Below, piece after piece: positions 24,017 through 38,600 of a DNA stretch of 64,000 bases. The first letter of the stretch is position 1; the number at the start of each line of letters is the position of its first letter. Origin of the DNA: Auanema rhodensis. Taxonomy: Eukaryota > Animalia > Nematoda. The DNA is taken from the NCBI GenBank assembly GCA_964057225.1, contig OZ059900.1, positions 24,366,001 to 24,430,000 on the forward strand, read 5' to 3'. Made by a program: the position numbers and the translations under genes. The notes beneath the pieces were generated by a model. That model worked only from the letters and a program-made list of their open reading frames with translations. It made no database searches and was not told the DNA's origin.

Positions 24017-27000
24017 GTTTTTTTGTCGTGAAAGTGGAATTAGACGTTGTAGGAACAATTTTGAGCTAGGTTTCATTGACATTGCATGAGTTTGAACACA
24101 TGAAATCGTAAGTCAAAACCTTGTTTACAGCGAAATTTCCAAAAACTGGTTTTCCAGCATAATAAAATATTTCTCATGGGAAATACTGTGTTTTTGTATT
24201 TTTCTAGTGTTCAGCATGTAAAATGCTTCATTTTAGTATGTAACACGCTGAAATTCGTTGCATTTGACGACTCATATGAACAAAAATCGATTTAATCAAT
24301 ATTAGCCATAAGGGGCGTGCCCTCAGAATATGCTAATTTCCTTAATTTTCTAACCCCTGTTTTTTGTCGTGAAAGTGGAACTAGACGTTGTAGGAACAAT
24401 TTTGAGCTAGGTTTCATTGACATTGCATGAGTTTGAACACATGAAATCGTAAGTCAAAACCTTGTTTACAGCGAAATTTCCAAAAACTGGTTTTCCAGCA
24501 TAATAAAATATTTCTCATGGGAAATACTGTGTTTTTGTATTTTTCTAGTGTTCAGCATGTAAAATACTTCATTTTAGTATGTAACACGCTGAAATTCGTT
24601 GCATTTGACGACTCATATGAACAAAAATCGATTTAATCAATATTAGCCATAAGGGGCGTGCCCTCAGAATATGCTAATTTCCTTAATTTTCTAACCCCTG
24701 TTTTTTTGTCGTGAAAGTGGAATTAGACGTTGTACGAACAATTTTGAGCTAGGTTTCATTGACATTGCATGAGTTTGAACACATGAAATCGTAAGTCAAA
24801 ACCTTGTTTACAGCGAACTTTCCAAAAACTGGTTTTCCAGCATAATAAAATATTTCTCATGGGAAATACTGTGTTTTTGTATTTTTATAGTGTTCAGCAT
24901 GTAAAATGCTTCATTTTAGTATGTAACACCCTGAAATTCGTTTCATTTGACGACTCATATGAACAAAAATCGATTTAATCAATATTAGCCATAAGGGGCG
25001 TGCCCTCAGAATATGCTAATTTCCTTAATTTTCTAACCCCTGTTTTTTTGTCGTGAAAGTGGAACTAGACGTTGTACGAACAATTTTGAGTTAGGTTTCA
25101 TTGACATTGCATGAGTTTGAACACATGAAATCGTAAGTCAAAACCTTGTTTACAGCGAAATTTCCAAAAACTGGTTTTCCAGCATAATAAAATATTTCTC
25201 ATGAGAAATACTGTGTTTTTGTATTTTTCTAGTGTTCAGCATGTAAAATGCTTCATTTCAGTATGTAACACGCTGAAACTTGTTGCATTTGACGACTCAT
25301 ATGAACAAAAATCGATTTAATCAATATTAGCCATAAGGGGCGTGCCCTCAGAATATGCTAATTTCCTTAATTTTCTAACCCCTGTTTTTTTGTCGTGAAA
25401 GTGGAACTAGACGTTGTACGAACAATTTTGAGCTAGGTTTCATTGACATTGCATGAGTTTGAACACATGAAATCGTAAGTCAAAACCTTGTTTACAGCGA
25501 AATTTCCAAAAACTGGTTTTCCAGCATAATAAAATATTTCTCATGGGAAATACTGTGTTTTTGTATTTTTCTAGTGTTCAGCATGTAAAATGATTCATTT
25601 TAGTATGTAACACGCTGAAATTTGTTGCATTTGACGACTCATATGAACAAAAATCGATTTAATCAATATTAGCCATAAGGGGCGTGCCCTCAGAATATGC
25701 TAATTTCCTTAATTTTCTAACCCCTGTTTTTTTGTCGTGAAAGTGGAACTAGACGTTGTACGAACAATTTTGAGCTAGGTTTCATTGACATTGCATGAGT
25801 TTGAACACATGAAATCGTAAGTCAAAACCTTGTTTACAGCGAAATTTCCAAAAACTGGTTTTCCAGCATAATAAAATATTTCTCATGGGAAATACTGTGT
25901 TTTTGTATTTTTCTAGTGTTCAGCATGTAAAATGCTTCATTTTAGTATGTAACACGCTGAAATTCGTTGCATTTGACGACTCATATGAACAAAAATCGAT
26001 TTAATCAATATTAGCCATAAGAGGCGTGCCCTCAGAATATGCTAATTTCCTTAATTTTCTAACCCCTGTTTTTTTGTCGTGAAAGTGGAACTAGACGTTG
26101 TAGGAACAATTTTGAGCTAGGTTTCATTGACATTGCATGAGTTTGAACACATGAAATCGTAAGTCAAAAACTTGTTTACAGCGAAATTTCCAAAAACTGG
26201 TTTTCCAGCATAATAAAATATTTCTCATGGGAAATACTGTGTTTTTGTATTTTTCTAGTGTTCAGCATGTGAAATGCTTCATTTTAGTATGTAACACGCT
26301 GAAATTCGTTGCATTTGACGACTCATATGAACAAAAATCGATTTAATCAATATTAGCCATAAGCTGCGTGCCCTCAGAATATGCTAATTTCCTTAATTTT
26401 CTAACCCCTGTTTTTTTGTCGTGAAAGTGGAACTAGACGTTGTAGGAACAATTTTGAGCTAGGTTTCATTGACATTGCATGAGTTTGAACACATGAAATC
26501 GTAAGTCAAAACCTTGTTTACAGCGAAATTTCCAAAAACTGGTTTTCCAGCATAATAAAATATTTCTCATGGGAAATACTGTGTTTTTGTATTTTTCTAG
26601 TGTTCAGCATGTAAAATGCTTCATTTTAGTATGTAACACGCTGAAATTCGTTGCATTTGACGACTCATATGAACAAAAATCGATTTAATCAATATTAGCC
26701 ATAAGGGGCGTGCCCTCAGAATATGCTAATTTCCTTAATTTTCTAACCCCTGTTTTTTTTGTCGTGAAAGTGGAACTAGACGTTGTAGGAACAATTTTGA
26801 GCTAGGTTTCATTGACATTGCATGAGTTTGAACACATGAAATCGTAAGTCAAAACCTTGTTTACAGCGAAATTTCCAAAAACTGGTTTTCCAGCATAATA
26901 AAATATTTCTCATGGGAAATACTGTGTTTTTGTAATTTTATAGTGTTCAGCATGTAAAATGCTTCATTTTAGTATGTAACACGCTGAAATTAATTGCATT

Positions 27001-28804
27001 TGACGACTCATATGAACAAAAATCGATTTAATCAATATTAGCCATAAGGGGCGTGCCCTCAGATTATGCTAATTTCCTTAATTTTCTAACCCCTGTTTTG
27101 TTGTCGTGAAAGTGGAACTAGACGTTGTAGGAACAATTTTGAGCTAGGTTTCATTGACATTGCATGAGTTTGAACACATGAAATCGTAAGTCAAAACCTT
27201 GTTTACAGCGAAATTTCCAAAAACTGGTTTTCCAGCATAATAAAATATTTCTCATGGGAAATACTGTGTTTTTGTATTTTTATAGTGTTCAGCATGTAAA
27301 ATGTTTCATTTTAGTATGTAACACGCTGAAATTCGTTGCATTTGACGACTCATATGAACAAAAATCGATTTAATCAATATAAGCCATAAAGGGCGTGCCC
27401 TCAGAATCTGCTAATTTCCTTAATTTTCTAACCCCTGTTTTTTTGTCGTGAAAGTGGAACTAGACGTTGTAGGAACAATTTTGAGCTAGATTTCATTGAC
27501 ATTGCATGAGTTTGAACACATGAAATCGTAAGTCAAAACCTTGTTTACAGCGAAATTTCCAAAAACTCGTTTTCCAGCATAATAAAATATTTCTCATGGG
27601 AAATACTGTGTTTTTGTATTTTTTTAGTGTTCAGCATGTAAAATGCTTCATTTTAGTATGTGACACGCTGAAATTAATTGCATTTGACGACTCATATGAA
27701 CAAAAATCGATTTAATCAATATTAGCCATAAGGGGCGTGCCCTCAGATTATGCTAATTTCCTCAATTTTCTAACCCCTGTTTTTTTGTCGTGAAAGTGGA
27801 ACTAGACGTTGTACGAACAATTTTGAGCTAGGTTTCATTGACATTGCATGAGTTTGAACACATGAAATCGTAAGTCAAAACCTTGTTTACAGCGAAATTT
27901 CCAAAAACTGGTTTTCCAGCATAATAAAATATTTCTCATGGGAAATACTGTGTTTTTGTATTTTTCTAGTGTTCAGCATGTGAAATGCTTCATTTTAGTA
28001 TGTAACACGCTGAAATTCGTTGCATTTGACGACTCATATGAACAAAAATCGATTTAATCAATATTAGCCATAAGGGGCGTGCCCTCAGAATATGCTAATT
28101 TCCTTAATTTTCTAACCCCTGTTTTTTTGTCGTGAAAGTGGAACTAGACGTTGTAGGAACAATTTTGAGCTAGGTTTCATTGACATTGCATGAGTTTGAA
28201 CACATGAAATCGTAAGTCAAAACCTTGTTTACAGCGAAATTTCCAAAAACTGGTTTTCCAGCATAATAAAATATTTCTCATGGGAAATACTGTGTTTTTG
28301 TATTTTTCTAGTGTTCAGCATGTAAAATGCTTCATTTTAGTATGTGACACGCTGAAATTAATTGCATTTGACGACTCATATGAACAAAAATCGATTTAAT
28401 CAATATTAGCCATAAGAGGCGTGCCCTCAGAATATGCTAATTTCCTTAATTTTCTAACCCCTGTTTTTTTGTCGTGAAAGTGGAACTAGACGTTGTAGGA
28501 ACAATTTTGAGCTAGGTTTCATTGACATTGCATGAGTTTGAACACATGAAATCGTAAGTCAAAACCTTGTTTACAGCGAAATTTCCAAAAACTGGTTTTC
28601 CAGCATAATAAAATATTTCTCATGGGAAATACTGTGTTTTTGTATTTTTCTAGTGTTCAGCATGTAAAATGTTTCATTTTAGTATGTAACACGCTGAAAT
28701 TCGTTGCATTTGACGACTCATATGAACAAAAATCGATTTAATCAATATTAGCCATAAGGGGCGTGCCCTCAGAATATGCTAATTTCCTTAATTTTCTAAC
28801 CCCT

Positions 28805-31800
28805 GTTTTTTTTGTCGTGAAAGTGGAACTAGACGTTGTAGGAACAATTTTGAGCTAGGTTTCATTGACATTGCATGAGTTTGAACACATGAAATCGTAA
28901 GTCAAAACCTTGTTTACAGCGAAATTTCCAAAAACTGGTTTTCCAGCATAATAAAATATTTCTCATGGGAAATACTGTGTTTTTGTATTTTTATAGTGTT
29001 CAGCATGTAAAATGCTTCATTTTAGTATGTAACACGCTGAAATTCGTTGCATTTGACGACTCATATGAACAAAAATCGATTTAATCAATATTAGCCATAA
29101 GAGGCGTGCCCTCAGAATATGCTAATTTCCTTAATTTTCTAACCCCTGTTTTTTGTCGTGAAAGTGGAACTAGACGTTGTAGGAACAATTTTGAGCTAGG
29201 TTTCATTGACATTGCATGAGTTTGAACACATGAAATCGTAAGTCAAAACCTTGTTTACAGCGAAATTTCCAAAAACTGGTTTTCCAGCATAATAAAATAT
29301 TTCTCATGGGAAATACTGTGTTTTTGTATTTTTATAGTGTTCAGCATGTAAAATGCTTCATTTTAGTATGTAACACGCTGAAATTCGTTGCATTTGACGA
29401 CTCATATGAACAAAAATCGATTTAATCAATATTAGCCATAAGAGGCGTGCCCTCAGAATATGCTAATTTCCTTAATTTTCTAACCCCTGTTTTTTTGTCG
29501 TGAAAGTGGAACTAGACGTTGTAGGAACAATTTTGAGCTAGGTTTCATTGACATTGCATGAGTTTGAACACATGAAATCGTAAGTCAAAAACTTGTTTAC
29601 AGCGAAATTTCCAAAAACTGGTTTTCCAGCATAATAAAATATTTCTCATGGGAAATACTGTGTTTTTGTATTTTTCTAGTGTTCAGCATGTGAAATGCTT
29701 CATTTTAGTATGTAACACGCTGAAATTCGTTGCATTTGACGACTCATATGAACAAAAATCGATTTAATCAATATTAGCCATAAGGGGCGTGCCCTCAGAA
29801 TATGCTAATTTCCTAAATTTTCTAACCCCTGTTTTTTTGTCGTGAAAGTGGAACTAGACGTTGTACGAACAATTTTGAGCTAGGTTTCATTGACATTGCA
29901 TGAGTTTGAACACATGAAATCGTAAGTCAAAACCTTGTTTACAGCGAAATTTCCAAAACCTGGTTTTCCAGCATAATAAAATATTTCTCATGGGAAATAC
30001 TGTGTTTTTGTATTTTTCTAGTGTTCAGCATGTAAAATGCTTCATTTTAGTATGTAACACGCTGAAATTCGTTGCATTTGACGACTCATATGAACAAAAA
30101 TCGATTTAATCAATATTAGCCATAAGGGGCGTGCCCTCAGAATATGCTAATTTCCTTAATTTTCTAACCCCTGTTTTTTTTTTTTTATCGTGAAAGTGGA
30201 ACTAGACGTTGTAGGAACAATTTTGAGCTAGGTTTCATTGACATTGCATGAGTTTGAACACATGAAATCGTAAGTCAAAACCTTGTTTACAGCGAAATTT
30301 CCAAAAACTGGTTTTCCAGCATAATAAAATATTTCTCATGGGAAATACTGTGTTTTTGTATTTTTATAGTGTTCAGCATGTAAAATGCTTCATTTTAGTA
30401 TGTAACACGCTGAAATTCGTTGCATTTGACGACTCATATGAACAAAAATCGATTTAATCAATATTAGCCATAAGAGGCGTGCCCTCAGAATATGCTAATT
30501 TCCTTAATTTTCTAACCCCTGTTTTTTGTCGTGAAAGTGGAACTAGACGTTGTAGGAACAATTTTGAGCTAGGTTTCATTGACATTGCATGAGTTTGAAC
30601 ACATGAAATCGTAAGTCAAAACCTTGTTTACAGCGAAATTTCCAAAAACTGGTTTTCCAGCATAATAAAATATTTCTCATGGGAAATACTGTGTTTTTGT
30701 ATTTTTATAGTGTTCAGCATGTAAAATGCTTCATTTTAGTATGTAACACGCTGAAATTCGTTGCATTTGACGACTCATATGAACAAAAATCGATTTAATC
30801 AATATTAGCCATAAGAGGCGTGCCCTCAGAATATGCTAATTTCCTTAATTTTCTAACCCCTGTTTTTTTGTCGTGAAAGTGGAACTAGACGTTGTAGGAA
30901 CAATTTTGAGCTAGGTTTCATTGACATTGCATGAGTTTGAACACATGAAATCGTAAGTCAAAAACTTGTTTACAGCGAAATTTCCAAAAACTGGTTTTCC
31001 AGCATAATAAAATATTTCTCATGGGAAATACTGTGTTTTTGTATTTTTCTAGTGTTCAGCATGTGAAATGCTTCATTTTAGTATGTAACACGCTGAAATT
31101 CGTTGCATTTGACGACTCATATGAACAAAAATCGATTTAATCAATATTAGCCATAAGGGGCGTGCCCTCAGAATATGCTAATTTCCTAAATTTTCTAACC
31201 CCTGTTTTTTTGTCGTGAAAGTGGAACTAGACGTTGTACGAACAATTTTGAGCTAGGTTTCATTGACATTGCATGAGTTTGAACACATGAAATCGTAAGT
31301 CAAAACCTTGTTTACAGCGAAATTTCCAAAACCTGGTTTTCCAGCATAATAAAATATTTCTCATGGGAAATACTGTGTTTTTGTATTTTTCTAGTGTTCA
31401 GCATGTAAAATGCTTCATTTTAGTATGTAACACGCTGAAATTCGTTGCATTTGACGACTCATATGAACAAAAATCGATTTAATCAATATTAGCCATAAGG
31501 GGCGTGCCCTCAGAATATGCTAATTTCCTTAATTTTCTAACCCCTGTTTTTTTGTCGTGAAAGTGGAACTAGACGTTGTACGAACAATTTTGAGCTAGGT
31601 TTCATTGACATTGCATGAGTTTGAACACATGAAATCGTAAGTCAAAACCTTGTTTACAGCGAAAATTCCAAAAACTGGTTTTCCAGCATAATAAAATATT
31701 TCTCATGGGAAATACTGTGTTTTTGTATTTTTCTAGTGTTCAGCATGTAAAATGCTTCATTTTAGTATGTAACACGCTGAAATTCGTTGCATTTGACGAC

Positions 31801-34622
31801 TCATATGAACAAAAATCGATTTAATCAATATTAGCCATAAGGGGCGTGCCCTCAGAATATGCTAATTTCCTTAATTTTCTAACCCCTGTTTTTTTGTCGT
31901 GAAAGTGGAATTAGACGTTGTAGGAACAATTTTGAGCTAGGTTTCATTGACATTGCATGAGTTTGAACACATGAAATCGTAAGTCAAAACCTTGTTTACA
32001 GCGAAATTTCCAAAAACTGGTTTTCCAGCATAATAAAATATTTCTCATGGGAAATACTGTGTTTTTGTATTTTTCTAGTGTTCAGCATGTAAAATACTCC
32101 ATTATAGTATGTAACACGCTGAAATTCGTTGCATTTGACGACTCATATGAACAAAAATCGATTTAATCAATATAAGCCATAAGGGGCGTGCCCTCAGAAT
32201 ATGCTAATTTCCTTAATTTTCTAACCCCTGTTTTTTGTCGTGAAAGTGGAACTAGACGTTGTAGGAACAATTTTGAGCTAGGTTTCATTGACATTGCATG
32301 AGTTTGAACACATGAAATCGTAAGTCAAAACCTTGTTTACAGCGAAATTTCCAAAAACTGGTTTTCCAGCATAATAAAATATTTCTCATGGGAAATACTG
32401 TGTTTTTGTATTTTTATAGTGTTCAGCATGTAAAATGTTTCATTTTAGTATGTAACACGCTGAAATTCGTTGCATTTGACGACTCATATGAACAAAAATC
32501 GATTTAATCAATATTAGCCATAAGAGGCGTGCCCTCAGAATATGCTAATTTCCTTAATTTTCTAACCCCTGTTTTTTTGTCGTGAAAGTGGAACTAGACG
32601 TTGTAGGAACAATTTTGAGCTAGGTTTCATTGACATTGCATGAGTTTGAACACATGAAATCGTAAGTCAAAAACTTGTTTACAGCGAAATTTCCAAAAAC
32701 TGGTTTTCCAGCATAATAAAATATTTCTCATGGGAAATACTGTGTTTTTGTATTTTTCTAGTGTTCAGCATGTGAAATGCTTCATTTTAGTATGTAACAC
32801 GCTGAAATTCGTTGCATTTGACGACTCATATGAACAAAAATCGATTTAATCAATATTAGCCATAAGGGGCGTGCCCTCAGAATATGCTAATTTCCTAAAT
32901 TTTCTAACCCCTGTTTTTTTGTCGTGAAAGTGGAACTAGACGTTGTACGAACAATTTTGAGCTAGGTTTCATTGACATTGCATGAGTTTGAACACATGAA
33001 ATCGTAAGTCAAAACCTTGTTTACAGCGAAATTTCCAAAACCTGGTTTTCCAGCATAATAAAATATTTCTCATGGGAAATACTGTGTTTTTGTATTTTTC
33101 TAGTGTTCAGCATGTAAAATGCTTCATTTTAGTATGTAACACGCTGAAATTCGTTGCATTTGACGACTCATATGAACAAAAATCGATTTAATCAATATTA
33201 GCCATAAGGGGCGTGCCCTCAGAATATGCTAATTTCCTTAATTTTCTAACCCCTGTTTTTTTTGTCGTGAAAGTGGAACTAGACGTTGTAGGAACAATTT
33301 TGAGCTAGGTTTCATTGACATTGCATGAGTTTGAACACATGAAATCGTAAGTCAAAACCTTGTTTACAGCGAAATTTCCAAAAACTGGTTTTCCAGCATA
33401 ATAAAATATTTCTCATGGGAAATACTGTGTTTTTGTATTTTTATAGTGTTCAGCATGTAAAATGCTTCATTTTAGTATGTAACACGCTGAAATTCGTTGC
33501 ATTTGACGACTCATATGAACAAAAATCGATTTAATCAATATTAGCCATAAGAGGCGTGCCCTCAGAATATGCTAATTTCCTTAATTTTCTAACCCCTGTT
33601 TTTTGTCGTGAAAGTGGAACTAGACGTTGTAGGAACAATTTTGAGCTAGGTTTCATTGACATTGCATGAGTTTGAACACATGAAATCGTAAGTCAAAACC
33701 TTGTTTACAGCGAAATTTCCAAAAACTGGTTTTCCAGCATAATAAAATATTTCTCATGGGAAATACTGTGTTTTTGTATTTTTATAGTGTTCAGCATGTA
33801 AAATGCTTCATTTTAGTATGTAACACGCTGAAATTCGTTGCATTTGACGACTCATATGAACAAAAATCGATTTAATCAATATTAGCCATAAGAGGCGTGC
33901 CCTCAGAATATGCTAATTTCCTTAATTTTCTAACCCCTGTTTTTTTGTCGTGAAAGTGGAACTAGACGTTGTAGGAACAATTTTGAGCTAGGTTTCATTG
34001 ACATTGCATGAGTTTGAACACATGAAATCGTAAGTCAAAAACTTGTTTACAGCGAAATTTCCAAAAACTGGTTTTCCAGCATAATAAAATATTTCTCATG
34101 GGAAATACTGTGTTTTTGTATTTTTCTAGTGTTCAGCATGTGAAATGCTTCATTTTAGTATGTAACACGCTGAAATTCGTTGCATTTGACGACTCATACG
34201 AACAAAAATCGATTTAATCAATATTAGCCATAAGGGGCGTGCCCTCAGAATATGCTAATTTCCTAAATTTTCTAACCCCTGTTTTTTTGTCGTGAAAGTG
34301 GAACTAGACGTTGTACGAACAATTTTGAGCTAGGTTTCATTGACATTGCATGAGTTTGAACACATGAAATCGTAAGTCAAAACCTTGTTTACAGCGAAAT
34401 TTCCAAAACCTGGTTTTCCAGCATAATAAAATATTTCTCATGGGAAATACTGTGTTTTTGTATTTTTCTAGTGTTCAGCATGTAAAATGCTTCATTTTAG
34501 TATGTAACACGCTGAAATTCGTTGCATTTGACGACTCATATGAACAAAAATCGATTTAATCAATATTAGCCATAAGGGGCGTGCCCTCAGAATATGCTAA
34601 TTTCCTTAATTTTCTAACCCCT
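28805..34622 (+). repeat. 4-mer higher-order repeat (~1368 bp), three full copies plus one partial
   Basis: The order long-T/AAGAGG, T6/AAGAGG, AAAAACTT+GTGA+CCTAAA, TACG+AAAACCTGG starts at 28805, 30173 and 33255. Its last three units also occur at 32230-33254. Confidence 0.88.
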
Positions 34623-35648
34623 GTTTTTTTGTCGTGAAAGTGGAACTAGACGTTGTACGAACAATTTTGAGCTAGGTTTCATTGACATTGCATGAGTTTG
34701 AACACATGAAATCGTAAGTCAAAACCTTGTTTACAGCGAAAATTCCAAAAACTGGTTTTCCAGCATAATAAAATATTTCTCATGGGAAATACTGTGTTTT
34801 TGTATTTTTCTAGTGTTCAGCATGTAAAATGCTTCATTTTAGTATGTAACACGCTGAAATTCGTTGCATTTGACGACTCATATGAACAAAAATCGATTTA
34901 ATCAATATTAGCCATAAGGGGCGTGCCCTCAGAATATGCTAATTTCCTTAATTTTCTAACCCCTGTTTTTTTGTCGTGAAAGTGGAACTAGACGTTGTAC
35001 GAACAATTTTGAGCTAGGTTTCATTGACATTGCATGAGTTTGAACACATGAAATCGTAAGTCAAAACCTTGTTTACAGCGAAAATTCCAAAAACTGGTTT
35101 TCCAGCATAATAAAATATTTCTCATGGGAAATACTGTGTTTTTGTATTTTTCTAGTGTTCAGCATGTAAAATACTTCATTTTAGTATGTAACACGCTGAA
35201 ATTCGTTGCATTTGACGACTCATATGAACAAAAATCGATTTAATCAATATTAGCCATAAGGGGCGTGCCCTCAGAATATGCTAATTTCCTAAATTTTCTA
35301 ACCCCTGTTTTTTTGTCGTGAAAGTGGAACCAGACGTTGTACGAACAATTTTGAGCTAGGTTTCATTGACATTGCATGAGTTTGAACACATGAAATCGTA
35401 TGTCAAAACCTTGTTTACAGCGAAATTTCCAAAAACTGGTTTTCCAGCATAATAAAATATTTCTCATGGGAAATACTGTGTTTTTGTATTTTTCTAGTGT
35501 TCAGCATGTAAAATGCTTCATTTTAGTATGTAACACGCTGAAATTCGTTGCATTTGACGACTCATATGAACAAAAATCGATTTAATCAATATTAGCCATA
35601 AGGGGCGTGCCCTCAGAATATGCTAATTTCCTAAATTTTCTAACCCCT

Positions 35649-38600
35649 GTTTTTTTGTCGTGAAAGTGGAACCAGACGTTGTACGAACAATTTTGAGCTA
35701 GGTTTCATTGACATTGCATGAGTTTGAACACATGAAATCGTATGTCAAAACCTTGTTTACAGCGAAATTTCCAAAAACTGGTTTTCCAGCATAATAAAAT
35801 ATTTCTCATGGGAAATACTGTGTTTTTGTATTTTTCTAGTGTTCAGCATGTAAAATGCTTCATTTAAGTATGTAACACGCTGAAATTCGTTGCATTTGAC
35901 GACTCATATGAACAAAAATCGATTTAATCAATATTAGCCATAAGGGGCGTGCCCTCAGAATATGCTAATTTCCTTAATTTTCTAACCCCTGTTTTTTTGT
36001 CGTGAAAGTGGAACTAGACGTTGTACGAACAATTTTGAGCTAGGTTTCATTGACATTGCATGAGTTTGAACACATGAAATCGTAAGTCAAAACCTTGTTT
36101 ACAGCGAAAATTCCAAAAACTGGTTTTCCAGCATAATAAAATATTTCTCATGGGAAATACTGTGTTTTTGTATTTTTCTAGTGTTCAGCATGTAAAATGC
36201 TTCATTTCAGTATGTAACACGCTGAAATTCGTTGCATTTGACTACTCATATGAACAAAAATCGATTTAATCAATATTAGCCATAAGGGGCGTGCCCTCAG
36301 AATATGCTAATTTCCTTAATTTTCTAACCCCTGTTTTTTTGTCGTGAAAGTGGAACTAGACGTTGTACAAACAATTTTGAGCTAGGTTTCATTGACATTG
36401 CATGAGTTTGAACACATGAAATCGTAAGTCAAAACCTTGTTTACAGCGAAATTTCCAAAAACTGGTTTTCCAGCATAATAAAATATTTCTCATGAGAAAT
36501 ACTGTGTTTTTGTATTTTTCTAGTGTTCAGCATGTAAAATGCTTCATTTTAGTATGTAACACGATGAAATTCGTTGCATTTGACGACTCATATGAACAAA
36601 AATCGATTTAATCAATATTAGCCATAAGGGGCGTGCCCTCAGAATATGCTGATTTCATTAATTTTCTAACCCCCGTTTTTTTGTCGTGAAAGTGGAACTA
36701 GACGTTGAAGGAACAATTTTGAGCTAGGTTTCATTGACATTGCATGAGTTTGAACACATGAAATCGTAAGTCAAAACCTTGTTTACAGCGAAATTTCCAA
36801 AAACTGGTTTTCCAGCATAATAAAATATTTCTCATGGGAAATACTGTGTTTTTGTATTTTTCTACTGTTCAGCATGTAAAATGTTTCATTTTAGTATTTA
36901 ACACGCTGAAATTCGTTGCATTTGACGACTCATATGAACAAAAATCGATTTAATCAATATTAGCCATAAGGGGCGTGCCCTCAGAATATGCTAATTTCCT
37001 TAATTTTCTAACCCCTGTTTTTTTGTCGTGAAAGTGGAAACAGACGTTGTACAAACAATTTTGAGCTAGGTTTCATTGACATTGCATGAGTTTGAACACA
37101 TGAAATCGTAAGTCAAAACCTTGTTTACAGCGAAATTTCCAAAAACTGGTTTTCCAGCATAATAAAATATTTCTCATGAGAAATACTGTGTTTTTGTATT
37201 TTTCTAGTGTTCAGCATGTAAAATGCTTCATTTTAGTATGTAACACGATGAAATTCGTTGCATTTGACGACTCATATGAACAAAAATCGATTTAATCAAT
37301 ATTAGCCATAAGGGGCGTGCCCTCAGAATATGCTAATTTCATTAATTTTCTAACCCCTGTTTTTTTGTCGTGAAAGTGGAACTAGACGTTGTAGGAACAA
37401 TTTTGAGCTAGGTTTCATTGACATTGCATGAGTTTGAACACATGAAAGCGTAAGTCAAAACCTTGTTTACAGCGAAATTTCCAAAAACTGGTTTTCCAGC
37501 ATAATAAAATATTTCTCATGGGAAATACTGTGTTTTTGTATTTTTCTAGTGTTCAGCATGTAAAATGCTTCATTTTAGTATGTAACACGCTGAAATTCGT
37601 TGCATTTGACGACTCATATGAACAAAAATCGATTTAATCAATATTAGCCATAAGGGGCGTGCCCTCAGAATATGCTAATTTCCTAAATTTTCTAACCCCT
37701 GTTTTTTTGTCGTGAAAGTGGAACCAGACGTTGTACGAACAATTTTGAGCTAGGTTTCATTGACATTGCATGAGTTTGAACACATGAAATCGTATGTCAA
37801 AACCTTGTTTACAGCGAAATTTCCAAAAACTGGTTTTCCAGCATAATAAAATATTTCTCATGGGAAATACTGTGTTTTTGTATTTTTCTAGTGTTCAGCA
37901 TGTAAAATGCTTCATTTTAGTATGTAACACGCTGAAATTCGTTGCATTTGACGACTCATATGAACAAAAATCGATTTAATCAATATTAGCCATAAGGGGC
38001 GTGCCCTCAGAATATGCTAATTTCCTTAATTTTCTAACCCCTGTTTTTTTGTCGTGAAAGTGGAACTAGACGTTGTACGAACAATTTTGAGCTAGGTTTC
38101 ATTGACATTGCATGAGTTTGAACACATGAAATCGTAAGTCAAAACCTTGTTTACAGCGAAAATTCCAAAAACTGGTTTTCCAGCATAATAAAATATTTCT
38201 CATGGGAAATACTGTGTTTTTGTATTTTTCTAGTGTTCAGCATGTAAAATGCTTCATTTCAGTATGTAACACGCTGAAATTCGTTGCATTTGACTACTCA
38301 TATGAACAAAAATCGATTTAATCAATATTAGCCATAAGGGGCGTGCCCTCAGAATATGCTAATTTCCTTAATTTTCTAACCCCTGTTTTTTTGTCGTGAA
38401 AGTGGAACTAGACGTTGTACAAACAATTTTGAGCTAGGTTTCATTGACATTGCATGAGTTTGAACACATGAAATCGTAAGTCAAAACCTTGTTTACAGCG
38501 AAATTTCCAAAAACTGGTTTTCCAGCATAATAAAATATTTCTCATGAGAAATACTGTGTTTTTGTATTTTTCTAGTGTTCAGCATGTAAAATGCTTCATT

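Noticed and set aside
35400-35585. 61-aa plus-strand ORF
   Set aside because: The ATG is created by a single A>T variant (CGTAAGTC>CGTATGTC) in one monomer type. The neighbouring copy at 35649 has the ATG but an earlier stop (TTTAAG). Incidental.
37794-37979. Identical 61-aa ORF
   Set aside because: Same monomer variant copied by local duplication; not independent evidence of coding.
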